Source: Alphaproteobacteria bacterium
GTDB lineage: Bacteria > Pseudomonadota > Alphaproteobacteria > Sphingomonadales > Sphingomonadaceae
NCBI GenBank assembly: GCA_031426015.1
Contig: JANPKK010000055.1
Location: forward strand, 17,912 to 81,911
Reading direction: 5' to 3'
DNA length: 64,000 nt
Position numbers and translations under genes: made by a program. This document shows, in pieces, positions 8,697-18,979 of the stretch. A model generated the notes under the pieces. That model saw nothing but the letters and a program-made list of their open reading frames with translations. It searched no databases and was not told where the DNA came from. Each line of letters begins with the position of its first letter. Within the stretch, counting starts at the first letter, position 1.

Positions 8697-11600
8697 CTAG
8701 CCGCCCAGCACCACGCGTGCCTGGCTGGCGAGGTGCGCCAGCATCGCCGTCGTCACCACGCCGCCGGTGCGGGCGCGTGATACCTGGCCGGCGATACGGC
8801 TGACACGGCCGCCATTGCCGGCGATCCACGCCGCCACCGCCGTGCCCGGGTCGCCATCCTTGCCGGCGATGCGGTGCATCATGTCGAGCCGCAGCGCTTC
8901 GAAATCGCGCACCAGCCCGGCCTTGAGCAGCCGCTCCCACGGGTCCGTGGGGTCGAGCCCGGCGGCGGCGCCTTTGGCCCAATCAAGCCCGGTAGCCTCA
9001 CCGAGCGTGGTGTAGGCGGCAGCCGTTGCGGCTTCATCGGCACCGATGTCGCGCGCCAGCAAGCTGACCCCGACCGCGCCGTCGAGCGATTCGATGCGGA
9101 CGAGCGGTTCGATGATGGCGTCAGGGGCACCCAATACCGCCAGCCGGGCGCGGTAGCGATCGATCTGGGCACGCGGTTCGGGACGCAGCACGGTGTCGAG
9201 GCTGGCGGCGAGCCGTTCGATGCCCGGGCGCAGCCGTGCGACAATGGTCGCAGGTGCCTGGCCCGGGGCGCAGCGGATGATGTCGGCCATCTGGGTGCGC
9301 AGCGCAGCGATGGCAGCGACGTGCAGATCGAGTTGCGCCGTCCCGGCAATCGCGGCGCCATCGATGGCGGCCCAGACCCTGCGGAAATCGAACAGGTCGC
9401 GTGCCGCCACGAATGCTGCTGCCACATCGTCGAGCCCGACGCCGAGTTCTTCGGCAAGCTCGAAGGCCAAGCCGAGCCCGCCGCGGTTGACCAGTTCATT
9501 GGTCAGCTTGGTCGCGATCAGTTCACGGCGCAGGCGATGACCATCGATCGCGGCGGCAAAGCGCGCCTGCATGGCGCCCGGAAAGGCGGCGTGGAGATCG
9601 GGCACGAGCAGGGCATCATCGACGAGCGGTGACAGCACCAGTCCGTCATAGATCGCCATTTTTGCATACGCCATGACGACGGCAAGCTCCGGCCGTTCGA
9701 GCGCGCCACCGATGCGCGCTCGCTGTGCCAGCACATCGTCGCCCGGCAGGCCTTCGACCTTGCGATCGAGCCCGGCAGCGCTGGTTTCCAGCGTCTGGAT
9801 CAGCCGGACATGGCCCGACAGGCCGGCGGCACCGCTGCGCTCGGCAATCGACAGCGCCTGGGTTTGCAGGATGTTGTCGTGGAGCACCAATGCCGCGACA
9901 TCGGCGGTCATCGCGACCAGCAGCGCGTCACGATCGGCCTGCGCCAGTCGCCCGGCGAGGACTTCGCCGTTGAGCGCGATCTTGATGTTGACCTCGTTGT
10001 CCGAACAATCGACCCCGGCGCTGTTGTCGATGAAATCGGTGTTGATGCGCCCGCCGACTGCGCCGAATTCGATGCGCCCGGCCTGAGTAACGCCGAGATT
10101 GGCACCTTCGCCGATAACGCGCGCGCCGATTTCGGCGCCGTTGATACGATGCGCGTCATTGGCGCGATCGCCGGCATCGGCGTTGCTTTCGCTGGACGCC
10201 TTCACATAGGTGCCGATGCCGCCGAACCACAGCAGGTCGGTCTTCATCTTGAGGATCGCGGTGATCAGCTCCGACGGCGACAGGCTGTCGGCGGTCACGC
10301 CGATCATCGCCTGCACCTGGCGGCTGAGCGGCACCGATTTCAGGCTGCGCGCAAAGACACCGCCGCCGGCCGAAATGGTGGCGCGGTCATAATCGTCCCA
10401 TGACGACCGCGGCAGGGCGAACATGCGCTGGCGTTCGGCAAAGCTGACGCCCGCATCGGGGTTGGGATCGAAGAAGAAATGCCGGTGGTCGAACGCCGCG
10501 ACCAGCTTGATCGCGCCGCTGAGCAGCATGCCGTTGCCGAAGACATCCCCCGACATGTCGCCGACGCCGGCCACGCGGATACTGTCGGTCTGCACATCGA
10601 TGCCCAGTTCGCGGAAATGCCGCTGCACCGAAATCCAGGCGCCGCGCGCCGTGATCGCCATCGCCTTGTGGTCATAGCCGTTCTTGCCGCCGCTGGCGAA
10701 GGCATCGCCCAGCCAGAAACCATGGGCTTCGGCGATGGCGTTGGCGGTGTCGGAAAAGGTCGCGGTGCCCTTGTCGGCAGCGACGACGAGATACGGATCG
10801 GGCGCGTCGTGGCAGGTGACGCCAGTCGGCGGGATGTTGCTGCCATCAGCCGCCAGATTGTCGGTGACCGATAGCAGCGCGCGGATGAACACCCGGTAGG
10901 ATTCGGTGCCCTCGGCCAACCAGGCATCGCGGTTCGATGCCGGTGGCAGCTGCTTGGGGAAAAACCCGCCCTTGGCGCCGGTCGGCACGATGACGGTGTT
11001 CTTGACCTTCTGCGCCTTGACCAGCCCCAGCACTTCGGTGCGGAAATCATCGCGCCGGTCGGACCAGCGCAGGCCACCGCGGGCGATCGGCCCACCGCGC
11101 AGGTGGATGCCTTCCACCCGTGGTGAATAGACCCAGATTTCGCGATACGGCACCGGCGGCGGCAGGTTCGGCACGGCATGACTGTCCATCTTGAACGCCA
11201 GCGCTTCCGGCCCACCCGGCACAAAGGCGTTGGTGCGCAGGGTCGCCAGCATTACCGAGCGATACAGACGCAGGATGCGATCATCATCGATCGACGTAAC
11301 CGCGGCGAGCGCCGCATCGATCTCGGCGAGCGCGCGATCCTGCGCCGCGGCGCGATCGGCGACATCGGGGGCAAACCGCGTTTCGAACAGGCGCACCAGG
11401 TCGCGCGCGATGGCCGGATAGCGGCGCAGCGCGTCGACAACCGTCATCAGCCCATAGGTAACGCCGGTCTGGCGCATGTAGCGGAAATAGGCACGCAGCC
11501 AGCCGGCGGCTTCGGCGCCCAATTGGCAGGCGATGGTCAGCGCGTTGAAGCCGTCATTTTCCTGCGCGCCCATAAGCACGCAGGTCAGCGCCGGTTCGAC

Positions 11601-13508
11601 CCGGGCGCGCAGCCCTTCCCAATCCGCGAGCACGGCGGGATCGCTGGCTTCGAGCAGGAAATCGTGAATCCAGCCGAGCCGGCCGCCGGCGAGATCGAAA
11701 GGAAACTCCTCGATCACCGCCAGGCCGAAATTTTCAAGCACCGGCACGGCTTCGGACAACGGGATAATCTTGCCGAGGCGGTAGATCTTCAGGCGCAGCT
11801 GTTGCGGCGCATCGCCGGGTTTGCGGATAAGCCGCACGCCGCGGCCGGCTTCATCATGCAGCGCGCTCAACGCCACCAGGTCGGCGGCGGCTTCGGATGC
11901 GCTGTGCTGGGCGCGATAGCTGGCGGACAGCGCCCGGCCATGGCTGAGCACCAGCCGCGCCGCGCGTGCCGGCGTGGTGGTGGCAATCAGCGCTGTTTCC
12001 AGGTCTTCCTCCCAACCGCGCACCAACTGGCGCAGCCGGCGATCGAGCTCGGCTTCGGCCGCTGCATCGAAGTGCAGCGCCGCGCCTTCGGGCATGGCGA
12101 TGACATAATGCACCCGGGCCAGCCCTTCGGAGCGCAGTTCGACCTCGAACCGGCTCAACGTGCCGCCGGTGGCATCGATCAGCATGCGGCGGACATTCTC
12201 GCGCACGCCGCTGGTGTAGCTGTCACGCGGCACATAGACGAGGATCGACAGTGACCGGCCAAAGGCATCGGGCCGCGCGAACAGCTTGGGCCGCGGCCGG
12301 TCGAGCAGCGACAACAGGCCGAGCGCCATCGCCTGCAGCCGTTCGGACGAGGCCTCGAACAATTCCTCGCGCGGGAAGGTTTCAAGGACATGGACCAGCG
12401 CCTTGCCGGTATGCCCCGAAGGCGCAAAGCCCAGTTGATCGATGACTTCGCCGACCTTGCGGCGCAGCAACGGCACCTGACGCGGCGAGGTGCCGAGCGC
12501 CGCCGAGGTGTACAGCCCCAGGAAACGCGTTTCGGAGACGACCCGGCCTTCGCGATCGAAGCCCTTTACCGACACCAGGTCGCCATTGACGCGGCGGTGC
12601 ACCGAAACGATCGCGCCGGCCTTGGTGATCAGTAGCGGTTCGGGGCTGGCGAGCAGCGCTTTCAGCGCGTGCGGGGTATCGTCGGCGCCCAGCATGCCGC
12701 TCCACAGCGGATAAGCGGCATCGCGCAACAGGCCAAGCCCGCCCTCGCTCACCGGCTGCATCGCCGGATCATCGAGATCGCCGGCCAGATCATAGCGGCG
12801 CACCCCAAGCAGGGTAAAATTATCGGCCGCCAACCAATCGAGAAACGCCACCGCCTCGGCTGCGCGATGCGGCGCCACCGGCGGCGGATTGCGTTCGAGA
12901 TCGCGGGTCGCCTGGCGCAGTGCGCTCAGCATCGCCTGCCAATCGGAAACCGCCGCATCGACATCGGCAAGCACCTGCTGCAGCGCGGCGACCAGTTCGC
13001 CCCGTGCCTTCGCGCCGGTGCGCTCAATCTCGACATAGATCATCGATTCGCGGGTGACGCCGGCTGCTACCGGGCCGGTTGCGAGGCCGATCACCTCGAC
13101 CAGCACGCCATCGCTGTCGCGGCGCACATCGATGACGGGGTGGAGCAGCCGATCGATATCGAGCCCGGCAGCGGTAATGGTTGCGGAGGTCGAATCGACG
13201 AGGAACGGCCTGTCCTCGCCGATGATCGCCAGCGCCATGCGGCGACGGCGCGGCGCGGCACCGGCAACGCTGTCATCGACTTCGGCCGTATCGAGATGGA
13301 CGATGGGAATCCCCGGCGAACGCGCGGCCGCCGCAGCGCAGACGAAATGCGCGATTGCGGTGCGGCCGGCGGCATCCAGATTCTCGAGCTCGCCCGGCAG
13401 CGCCGAATCGAACAGCGCGCTGGTCAGTGCCTCTTCGTTGGCGGCGATGACCGCCGGGCTGGCCGACTGGCGACCCGGCGTGGCCGGATCCTTGACTGTG
13501 AATGACAC
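8697..13508 (-). CDS. NAD-specific glutamate dehydrogenase, giant (~180 kDa) class
   Basis: About 1600 aa with the hallmark central GDH catalytic region (LVKAQKVKNTVIVPTGAKGGF, GVGDMSGDVFGNGML). I place the start at GTG 13508, 7 nt downstream of GGAG, rather than the track's GTG at 13580. Confidence 0.95.
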   Translation of the reverse strand: MSFTVKDPATPGRQSASPAVIAANEEALTSALFDSALPGELENLDAAGRTAIAHFVCAAAAARSPGIPIVHLDTAEVDDSVAGAAPRRRRMALAIIGEDRPFLVDSTSATITAAGLDIDRLLHPVIDVRRDSDGVLVEVIGLATGPVAAGVTRESMIYVEIERTGAKARGELVAALQQVLADVDAAVSDWQAMLSALRQATRDLERNPPPVAPHRAAEAVAFLDWLAADNFTLLGVRRYDLAGDLDDPAMQPVSEGGLGLLRDAAYPLWSGMLGADDTPHALKALLASPEPLLITKAGAIVSVHRRVNGDLVSVKGFDREGRVVSETRFLGLYTSAALGTSPRQVPLLRRKVGEVIDQLGFAPSGHTGKALVHVLETFPREELFEASSERLQAMALGLLSLLDRPRPKLFARPDAFGRSLSILVYVPRDSYTSGVRENVRRMLIDATGGTLSRFEVELRSEGLARVHYVIAMPEGAALHFDAAAEAELDRRLRQLVRGWEEDLETALIATTTPARAARLVLSHGRALSASYRAQHSASEAAADLVALSALHDEAGRGVRLIRKPGDAPQQLRLKIYRLGKIIPLSEAVPVLENFGLAVIEEFPFDLAGGRLGWIHDFLLEASDPAVLADWEGLRARVEPALTCVLMGAQENDGFNALTIACQLGAEAAGWLRAYFRYMRQTGVTYGLMTVVDALRRYPAIARDLVRLFETRFAPDVADRAAAQDRALAEIDAALAAVTSIDDDRILRLYRSVMLATLRTNAFVPGGPEALAFKMDSHAVPNLPPPVPYREIWVYSPRVEGIHLRGGPIARGGLRWSDRRDDFRTEVLGLVKAQKVKNTVIVPTGAKGGFFPKQLPPASNRDAWLAEGTESYRVFIRALLSVTDNLAADGSNIPPTGVTCHDAPDPYLVVAADKGTATFSDTANAIAEAHGFWLGDAFASGGKNGYDHKAMAITARGAWISVQRHFRELGIDVQTDSIRVAGVGDMSGDVFGNGMLLSGAIKLVAAFDHRHFFFDPNPDAGVSFAERQRMFALPRSSWDDYDRATISAGGGVFARSLKSVPLSRQVQAMIGVTADSLSPSELITAILKMKTDLLWFGGIGTYVKASSESNADAGDRANDAHRINGAEIGARVIGEGANLGVTQAGRIEFGAVGGRINTDFIDNSAGVDCSDNEVNIKIALNGEVLAGRLAQADRDALLVAMTADVAALVLHDNILQTQALSIAERSGAAGLSGHVRLIQTLETSAAGLDRKVEGLPGDDVLAQRARIGGALERPELAVVMAYAKMAIYDGLVLSPLVDDALLVPDLHAAFPGAMQARFAAAIDGHRLRRELIATKLTNELVNRGGLGLAFELAEELGVGLDDVAAAFVAARDLFDFRRVWAAIDGAAIAGTAQLDLHVAAIAALRTQMADIIRCAPGQAPATIVARLRPGIERLAASLDTVLRPEPRAQIDRYRARLAVLGAPDAIIEPLVRIESLDGAVGVSLLARDIGADEAATAAAYTTLGEATGLDWAKGAAAGLDPTDPWERLLKAGLVRDFEALRLDMMHRIAGKDGDPGTAVAAWIAGNGGRVSRIAGQVSRARTGGVVTTAMLAHLASQARVVLGG

Positions 13509-13581
13509 AAAAACGCTCCGCTGGCGGCTGCCGCCGCGCTTATGCGTGCGCCCGGGCGCAAAGGGCAAGCTGACGTTCACG

Positions 13582-14154
13582 TCAGCCGAGCGATATTCGC
13601 GCAGATTTCGGCAAAAAAGGGTCGGATTTCGTCGAATCAGGCCGCGCCACCCGCAAAGCGGCGCCGATTTCGCGGCGAAGACGCGTCGTTGCGGCTCGAT
13701 CGAGCAATTCGCGCCAGTTTATGACAAACTGCACCTGGTGCGGAATTCCGCTCGCATCGAACCCGTCCGAAAGCGGAAGCGCGACGCCACGCACCAGCAC
13801 GCAGGCGCGTCCCGGCGCCGCCAGGCTGGCCTCGAACGGCACCGGATGCGGATCGAAGACGATGAGGTCGCACGCAGCGCGCACTTCGGCCGCCAGCCCG
13901 TTCAAGCCATCGAGCGGCATCCCCGCCGAAAGCCCGAAGGTCGCCTCGATCGCGGCGCCGGCGCTGATGATCGTGGCGGCACCGGCGGGATCGGCAACGA
14001 CCAGCGCATGATCGGCATAATCCGCCACGCGCAACCCGCCCGAATGCCGCCACAGATCACGTGCCACGCCGGCCATGCGCCGGTCAGCCACAACGAAATG
14101 CGGCGGCAACTCGAAACGCGGATCGACCGGCAGATCGGCGGCATTGGACATCAT
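13582..14154 (-). CDS. Hypothetical protein (possibly a PAS-like fold; not verifiable here)
   Basis: ATG-ATG at 14154/14151 directly after GGGAG. 190-aa ORF with host-like composition. The track's longer version would abut the tRNA. Confidence 0.55.
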   Translation of the reverse strand: MMSNAADLPVDPRFELPPHFVVADRRMAGVARDLWRHSGGLRVADYADHALVVADPAGAATIISAGAAIEATFGLSAGMPLDGLNGLAAEVRAACDLIVFDPHPVPFEASLAAPGRACVLVRGVALPLSDGFDASGIPHQVQFVINWRELLDRAATTRLRREIGAALRVARPDSTKSDPFLPKSARISLG

Positions 14155-14267
14155 GGCTCCCGGGGAACGGTGGCGTGTCCATTCGATAACGGCAACATCG
14201 ACGCGAAGTTGCCGATACGCTTGCAGCGCAGCCCTACCCCTGTTAGAGCCCGCGTCCATACCGATAT

Positions 14268-14343
14268 GCCGCTTTAGCTCAGCCGGTAGAGCACATCATT
14301 CGTAATGATGGGGTCAGGTGTTCGAGTCACCTAAGCGGCACCA
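14268..14343 (+). tRNA. tRNA-Thr (anticodon CGT)
   Basis: Hand-folded 76-nt cloverleaf. Acceptor GCCGCTT/AAGCGGC, D arm GCTC/GAGC, anticodon stem CATCA/TGATG with loop TTCGTAA, T arm AGGTG/CACCT with loop TTCGAGT. CCA is encoded. Confidence 0.95.
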
Positions 14344-14344
14344 T
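14295..14344 (+). repeat. attL: 50-bp direct repeat (3' two-thirds of tRNA-Thr)
   Basis: atcattcgtaatgatggggtcaggtgttcgagtcacctaagcggcaccat is identical base for base to 25326-25375. Confidence 0.9.
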
Positions 14345-14570
14345 TCCTTTTCAATGACTTAGGCGACTTTTCAATGAGGTCGCAAGTCTACACCCCACCA
14401 TAATCCCACCAAATTGGGCTGGAAATGCCCTTTCTTGCCGCCGTGTCGGGCTTGATCGGCAATCGGCCTGCGCCTGTTTGCTCCACGGATTTTGAACAAA
14501 GAAACGGGGCGCCCCCGGGGGGGGGGGTAAAATCGCTGATCCTGTTGCGGCCTCAAAAAGCCGCCTCTTG

Positions 14571-14605
14571 CGCAACTAAAAAATTTTGAAAAATTCTGAG
14601 TTGCG
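14571..14605 (-). terminator. Possible terminator hairpin downstream of res
   Basis: cgcaact (14571-14577) pairs with agttgcg (14599-14605) around an A/T-rich loop, just past the res stop. The call is weak. Confidence 0.25.
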
Positions 14606-14613
14606 ATTGCCCA

Positions 14614-17271
14614 TTAAGCCGGCTTCGGCTTGACTATCGTTCGATTCATTAATGCAAAGTCCCGTTCGGTCGGCATACAGAACAGGCATTCGCCCCCGCT
14701 CGCTTCAGCCCAAACGGCCCCGATAGTCCGCTTAGGAGCCTCGGCTTCGTAGAGATGGCCGCCCTTGTATTCGACAACGAGAATGCGTCCATCGTCGAGC
14801 ATGGCGACGAAATCCGGGTAAAATTTCTGGTGGGGCAGTTGGAGCCAAAACGATCCCCGCTTGCCTTCTACATTCCTTATCCAATACCGAACCGCGTCCA
14901 TACGGTCGAGATGAACGGCGCAGTCAAATTCCTCCCCGCTCGGCTTCAAATCTCCCACTAGCGACGTGTAGTGTTTGTTGAACTTGGTTGCGCCCGCATA
15001 GGGCTGATTGAACGCATAGGTCGCTTCATCAAAGATCATCGACAAGTCGGCGTTGATGGCAAAATCCTGGGCGTTGGCAGCGAAGAGTGCATCGTAGTTG
15101 TGCGTTTCCCGTTCGTCCCGCAAATCCTTGATAAGGGCAATGATCGCCCGTCGTAGGTCGTGTTTGTTGCGGGCCAGATAGTCCAAATTATGACCGTCCG
15201 TCTCCAAAGCGGCCAAGGCACTTGAGATGAACAGGACGGCGCTGGGCTTAGTTACGTCTGGATGGCTTATCCCCGAGTCGATCCAGTTGACGAGGCGGGG
15301 AACGGTCCACGATGGTTCCTGTACAACTTCAGCGAGGTCGCCCTGCAACCGCTTGACGAAATTAATCTGAACCCTGCCCTGTTCTGAAACGTCAATTTGC
15401 CCGTGCTGGCTTTCATCCACAACCCTGAAGCGATCAACGATGGCGCTGGCATCGCATTCGTCCAGTCGCCACGGCAGGTCTAGAAAGTGCTCCTTGGAGA
15501 ACAGTTCCAATTCGCCCTGTTTTCGGAAACCGAGCAACGGGACAATAAACGGCGGCTTATCTTCCTCCGTCGCGGCGGAGGTCTGGAATTGGTTGGATTT
15601 GGCATAAAGCCGGTCAATGACCTTTTCGGCTTGCGGCACCTTGGCCATAGCCAGTTGCAGGATGTTTCGGCTTTCCCGCGACATAGGACCACGGAACGAT
15701 AGCGAACGGGTTACAGGGTCCAGCTTGACTCGCGACTTAACCGACGGGGGCAGTTTGTCAAAGATGGCAGCAACGTCCTCCATCGTGACCGCTTCATCGC
15801 TGATCGTGTCGGACTGGTAGTGGTAGTCAGCCTGATCCTCGGCAAAGCCAATGTCGCTTTGCGGGGCAATGATCTGATCAGCTTCCAGCTTGTTGAAGCC
15901 AGCGCCTTCCACCAGCCCGTCTTTCAGCCGTTGTGCGGTTTCATCGAAACTCTTTGCCGCCACATAGGCATAGGCGCGATTGAGGGCGTCGCGCTGCTTA
16001 CGCTTGGCCTTGGGCATCCGGAGCACCCGGCCCAAAATCTGTTCAATCGCCGTTTGTGATACCTGTTCGGCCACGGAGCACAGCACATATGCAAAGGGGC
16101 AATCCCAGCCCTCTTTTAGTTTCTGAACAGTGATGATGTAGCGGACGGGGCAAGCCGGATCGGTAATGTCGGCAATATCGTCCAGATCTTTGCGCGGGCC
16201 AGTGTGAACGGCAATCTGTGCCTTGGGAATGGACTTGTCCTCAAGCAAGTGCTGCTCGATCACCTCCCATGTCAGACGGGTTTTGTCGGTGGCGAGGGCG
16301 CTCTGTGCCTGAAACAGGATTAGGGGTCGGATATATTCCCCGGTCTCTGCCTGCTCCGCCTTTGCCGCTTCCTCCAGGGCCACTTGGCAATCCAGCGCCC
16401 CACCAATCGTCTTTCGCCAGTCGCTATCGGTCGTAAGGCGGATCGGCAGCTTGATCATCTGTTCCGCCTTCAACTCGGCAGCGGAGACGGAGTAGAGGAT
16501 ATTGGAAGCGTATTCGTCCTTTGCTGGATTGTGCACCGTCTGGGGCGTAGCAGTCAGTTCAAGGATCAATGACGGATCGAACCGGGCCAGCGTATCGAAT
16601 GACAAGGCGGTTCGGGCGTTGTGGGCTTCGTCAACGATCACCATCGGATGATGCAGCCGCAACAGATTGGCAAGGGAAGCAATAGGCCTGTCCGTGCCTT
16701 CCACCTTTTCCAGTCGGGCCATCTGGGCATCGGTCAAGCCGGAAAAATGGTCCATCAATTGCCCGGAGTCCTCATAGACCTTGCGGCCATCGGTTTCCTC
16801 GATGCGGAATGACTGAATGGTGGAAACAATGATGCAAGCTCCGCCCTCGGCATCGGCGCGGGACATGGCCAATGCTTCGGCCTTGGTCAGGACGGTGATG
16901 TTGCGGCCAAAGTCCTTGGCGAGCGCAGCACGATAGGGATGGTCCAAATTTTTGAGAGCATTCACTGTCTGATCAAGGATTGGTGTTGAAGGCACCAGCC
17001 ACAGCACAAGGGGGTTAGGCGCTTCGAGATAGTTCTTTGCCGCGATGCCTACCGCATGAGCACCCATGATTGTCTTGCCCCCGCCAGTCGGCACCCGAAG
17101 GCATACGTAGGGCGTCCCCTCAGCAATAAATGGAGCCTGCCGATAGGGCATTTTGGTTTCGAGGACGAAGGCGCTTTCCGCGTCAAATTGGACCGTTTTT
17201 CCGAGAAAGGATTTGAGCCGGCCAAGCGCAGCTTGCTGATATTCCTTCAGTTCAAGATTGATCGCAGCCAT
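14614..17271 (-). CDS. res: Type III restriction endonuclease subunit (SF2 helicase plus C-terminal PD-(D/E)xK nuclease)
   Basis: Helicase motifs VPTGGGKT (I), IVDEAHN (II) and LTATP (III). C-terminal nuclease-like YPDF...VVEYKG. The start is 1 nt after the mod stop. Confidence 0.85.
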   Translation of the reverse strand: MAAINLELKEYQQAALGRLKSFLGKTVQFDAESAFVLETKMPYRQAPFIAEGTPYVCLRVPTGGGKTIMGAHAVGIAAKNYLEAPNPLVLWLVPSTPILDQTVNALKNLDHPYRAALAKDFGRNITVLTKAEALAMSRADAEGGACIIVSTIQSFRIEETDGRKVYEDSGQLMDHFSGLTDAQMARLEKVEGTDRPIASLANLLRLHHPMVIVDEAHNARTALSFDTLARFDPSLILELTATPQTVHNPAKDEYASNILYSVSAAELKAEQMIKLPIRLTTDSDWRKTIGGALDCQVALEEAAKAEQAETGEYIRPLILFQAQSALATDKTRLTWEVIEQHLLEDKSIPKAQIAVHTGPRKDLDDIADITDPACPVRYIITVQKLKEGWDCPFAYVLCSVAEQVSQTAIEQILGRVLRMPKAKRKQRDALNRAYAYVAAKSFDETAQRLKDGLVEGAGFNKLEADQIIAPQSDIGFAEDQADYHYQSDTISDEAVTMEDVAAIFDKLPPSVKSRVKLDPVTRSLSFRGPMSRESRNILQLAMAKVPQAEKVIDRLYAKSNQFQTSAATEEDKPPFIVPLLGFRKQGELELFSKEHFLDLPWRLDECDASAIVDRFRVVDESQHGQIDVSEQGRVQINFVKRLQGDLAEVVQEPSWTVPRLVNWIDSGISHPDVTKPSAVLFISSALAALETDGHNLDYLARNKHDLRRAIIALIKDLRDERETHNYDALFAANAQDFAINADLSMIFDEATYAFNQPYAGATKFNKHYTSLVGDLKPSGEEFDCAVHLDRMDAVRYWIRNVEGKRGSFWLQLPHQKFYPDFVAMLDDGRILVVEYKGGHLYEAEAPKRTIGAVWAEASGGECLFCMPTERDFALMNRTIVKPKPA

Positions 17272-17272
17272 A

Positions 17273-18979
17273 TCAGTTTGCTTCGATCTGGTAGGGGATT
17301 TGTTTGAATGTCACGCCTTCCGTTCTCAGTCGGTCAGGCGATACTGTGCAACCCTCGCCATAGACAACACGCTGCCCGGAGAAGTCATCGGGGGGCGTGG
17401 GGATGTGCGCCAGTACGTCAGGCGTCAGCACGTTGCCAGCCGCTTCCCGCGCGATGCCCTGTTCAGCAGCGGAGAATAAGAGGTAAACTGCCTTTTCCTT
17501 GTACGTGCCAATGAACGAGGAATCGCCCTTCGCCTTGTGCGGAATGGGAGCGCCAGTTTCGGAAAAAAAGATATGCGCCGCAAGGTCTGGGAAGGTTACA
17601 CCCGGATCAATGTCGCCAAACTCGTTGAATAACGGGGTGCCTAGCCGACAATAGCGGAAACCGCTTCCTAAGCCTTCCACTGGCTTGGTTGGGTCGCCAC
17701 CTTTAGCATAGCCCGAAATGACGCGACGGAGGCGTTCTGCCGTAATATCTACAGATGTCGGTTTATCCATTTCGATCAAAATAAACCGCCGGTTTCTACC
17801 GTCCTGCTTATTCATTTCGAGAATGGCATGGCCACTCGTCCCTGATCCTGCAAACGAGTCCATGATAATATCATCAGCCTTGCTTACAAATGAGAGCAAA
17901 TAACTGATAAATTCAACAGATTTTGGATTTTTGAATATATCGCGTCTTCCAAAAATTGCTTCGATATCATTTGATCCTTTTCGAGAGTCAATGTTTACCA
18001 CACTACGAAATGGAAATCCAACATCGCACAAATATGCCTTCAATTCCGGAATTTTCTTTTCGTCCTTTCCAAAAATTATTCGACCCTCATCAATCAATTC
18101 GTCCATTCTATCCTTAGGAAAGCGCCATCCCCAAAGCGGCTTTTCGCAATTTTTCTTCGCTACTGGGTGTTCTATATCGTATTGATAGCCGTTTTTGCCG
18201 GGGTTTTCTAGGTTCCTACGAGCGACATAGACACCTCTTTCGTCTACTCGCTTGTAGCGCGCCAAATCTCCTAGAGATTTTGCGTTCTTTTTTATGAATG
18301 CCGCAAATACTCTTTGCCGATCTTTAATTGACTGGTGCTCTTTTTCAATCTGCGAAAAAACTTCAAGCATGAGGTCTTTTGTGTCATTTTCTGGGCCGCT
18401 CCATTGTCGTGCAAGCAAGTCTTTGTCTTTAGCGTAAACGACTACATATTCGTGTTCCACAGCAATCTGCGTAGGGTTATTGTCGGTCGCATTCTTCCAG
18501 ATGGCCGTGCCGATATGGTTCTTCCGACCGAAAATCTCGGCAAGCAGAAGATGCAAGGCTGCCTGCTCGTTGTCATCGCAGCTTACAAACAGGAGACCAT
18601 CCTTCTTTAGAAAGTCCTTCAAAAGATGAATGCGAGGATACATCATGCAGAGCCACTTGTCGTGGCGGCACAAGTCCTCAGCCTCCTTACCGACCGCTCG
18701 CCCAAGCCATGCGGCTATCTCAGGCGAACTTACCTTGTCGTTATATGTCCAATCTGCCTTTCCGGTGTTATAAGGCGGGTCGATATAGATGCACTTCACC
18801 TTGCCGGCGTAATAAGGAAGGAGCGCTTTAAGGGCTTCGAGGTTATCGCCCTGCACCAACAGATTTCCCGCGTCAGGGTCGCCCTCAGACAGTTCCCCAT
18901 CGCAGTGGATCAGGCGATAGGGCACCTCACGGTGATGATTGACGACGGCTTTTTTACCGATCCAGTCAAGCGTCGGCAT
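17273..18979 (-). CDS. mod: Site-specific DNA methyltransferase (Type III Mod-like, beta-class amino-MTase)
   Basis: Catalytic IDPPYNT lies upstream of the AdoMet motif DSFAGSGTSGHA (IV-before-I order). Its ATG shares one base with the stop of the upstream DUF262 gene. Confidence 0.9.
   Translation of the reverse strand: MPTLDWIGKKAVVNHHREVPYRLIHCDGELSEGDPDAGNLLVQGDNLEALKALLPYYAGKVKCIYIDPPYNTGKADWTYNDKVSSPEIAAWLGRAVGKEAEDLCRHDKWLCMMYPRIHLLKDFLKKDGLLFVSCDDNEQAALHLLLAEIFGRKNHIGTAIWKNATDNNPTQIAVEHEYVVVYAKDKDLLARQWSGPENDTKDLMLEVFSQIEKEHQSIKDRQRVFAAFIKKNAKSLGDLARYKRVDERGVYVARRNLENPGKNGYQYDIEHPVAKKNCEKPLWGWRFPKDRMDELIDEGRIIFGKDEKKIPELKAYLCDVGFPFRSVVNIDSRKGSNDIEAIFGRRDIFKNPKSVEFISYLLSFVSKADDIIMDSFAGSGTSGHAILEMNKQDGRNRRFILIEMDKPTSVDITAERLRRVISGYAKGGDPTKPVEGLGSGFRYCRLGTPLFNEFGDIDPGVTFPDLAAHIFFSETGAPIPHKAKGDSSFIGTYKEKAVYLLFSAAEQGIAREAAGNVLTPDVLAHIPTPPDDFSGQRVVYGEGCTVSPDRLRTEGVTFKQIPYQIEAN

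Noticed and set aside
13054-14277. 407-aa plus-strand ORF running from inside the GDH gene into the tRNA
   Set aside because: It overlaps two better-supported minus-strand genes and the tRNA 5' end, and its product is low complexity.
14512-14527. C5G11 homopolymer tract as a phase-variation switch for the Type III system
   Set aside because: It lies in non-coding DNA downstream of the res stop, between attL and the operon's 3' end. It is not within mod/res or their promoter, so slippage there would not obviously toggle expression. It is noted only as a possible sequencing-error-prone site.
14351-14575. Small ORFs (61-74 aa) just inside attL
   Set aside because: They have no start context, overlap the homopolymer tract and have odd composition. 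The region is more likely non-coding att-arm DNA.
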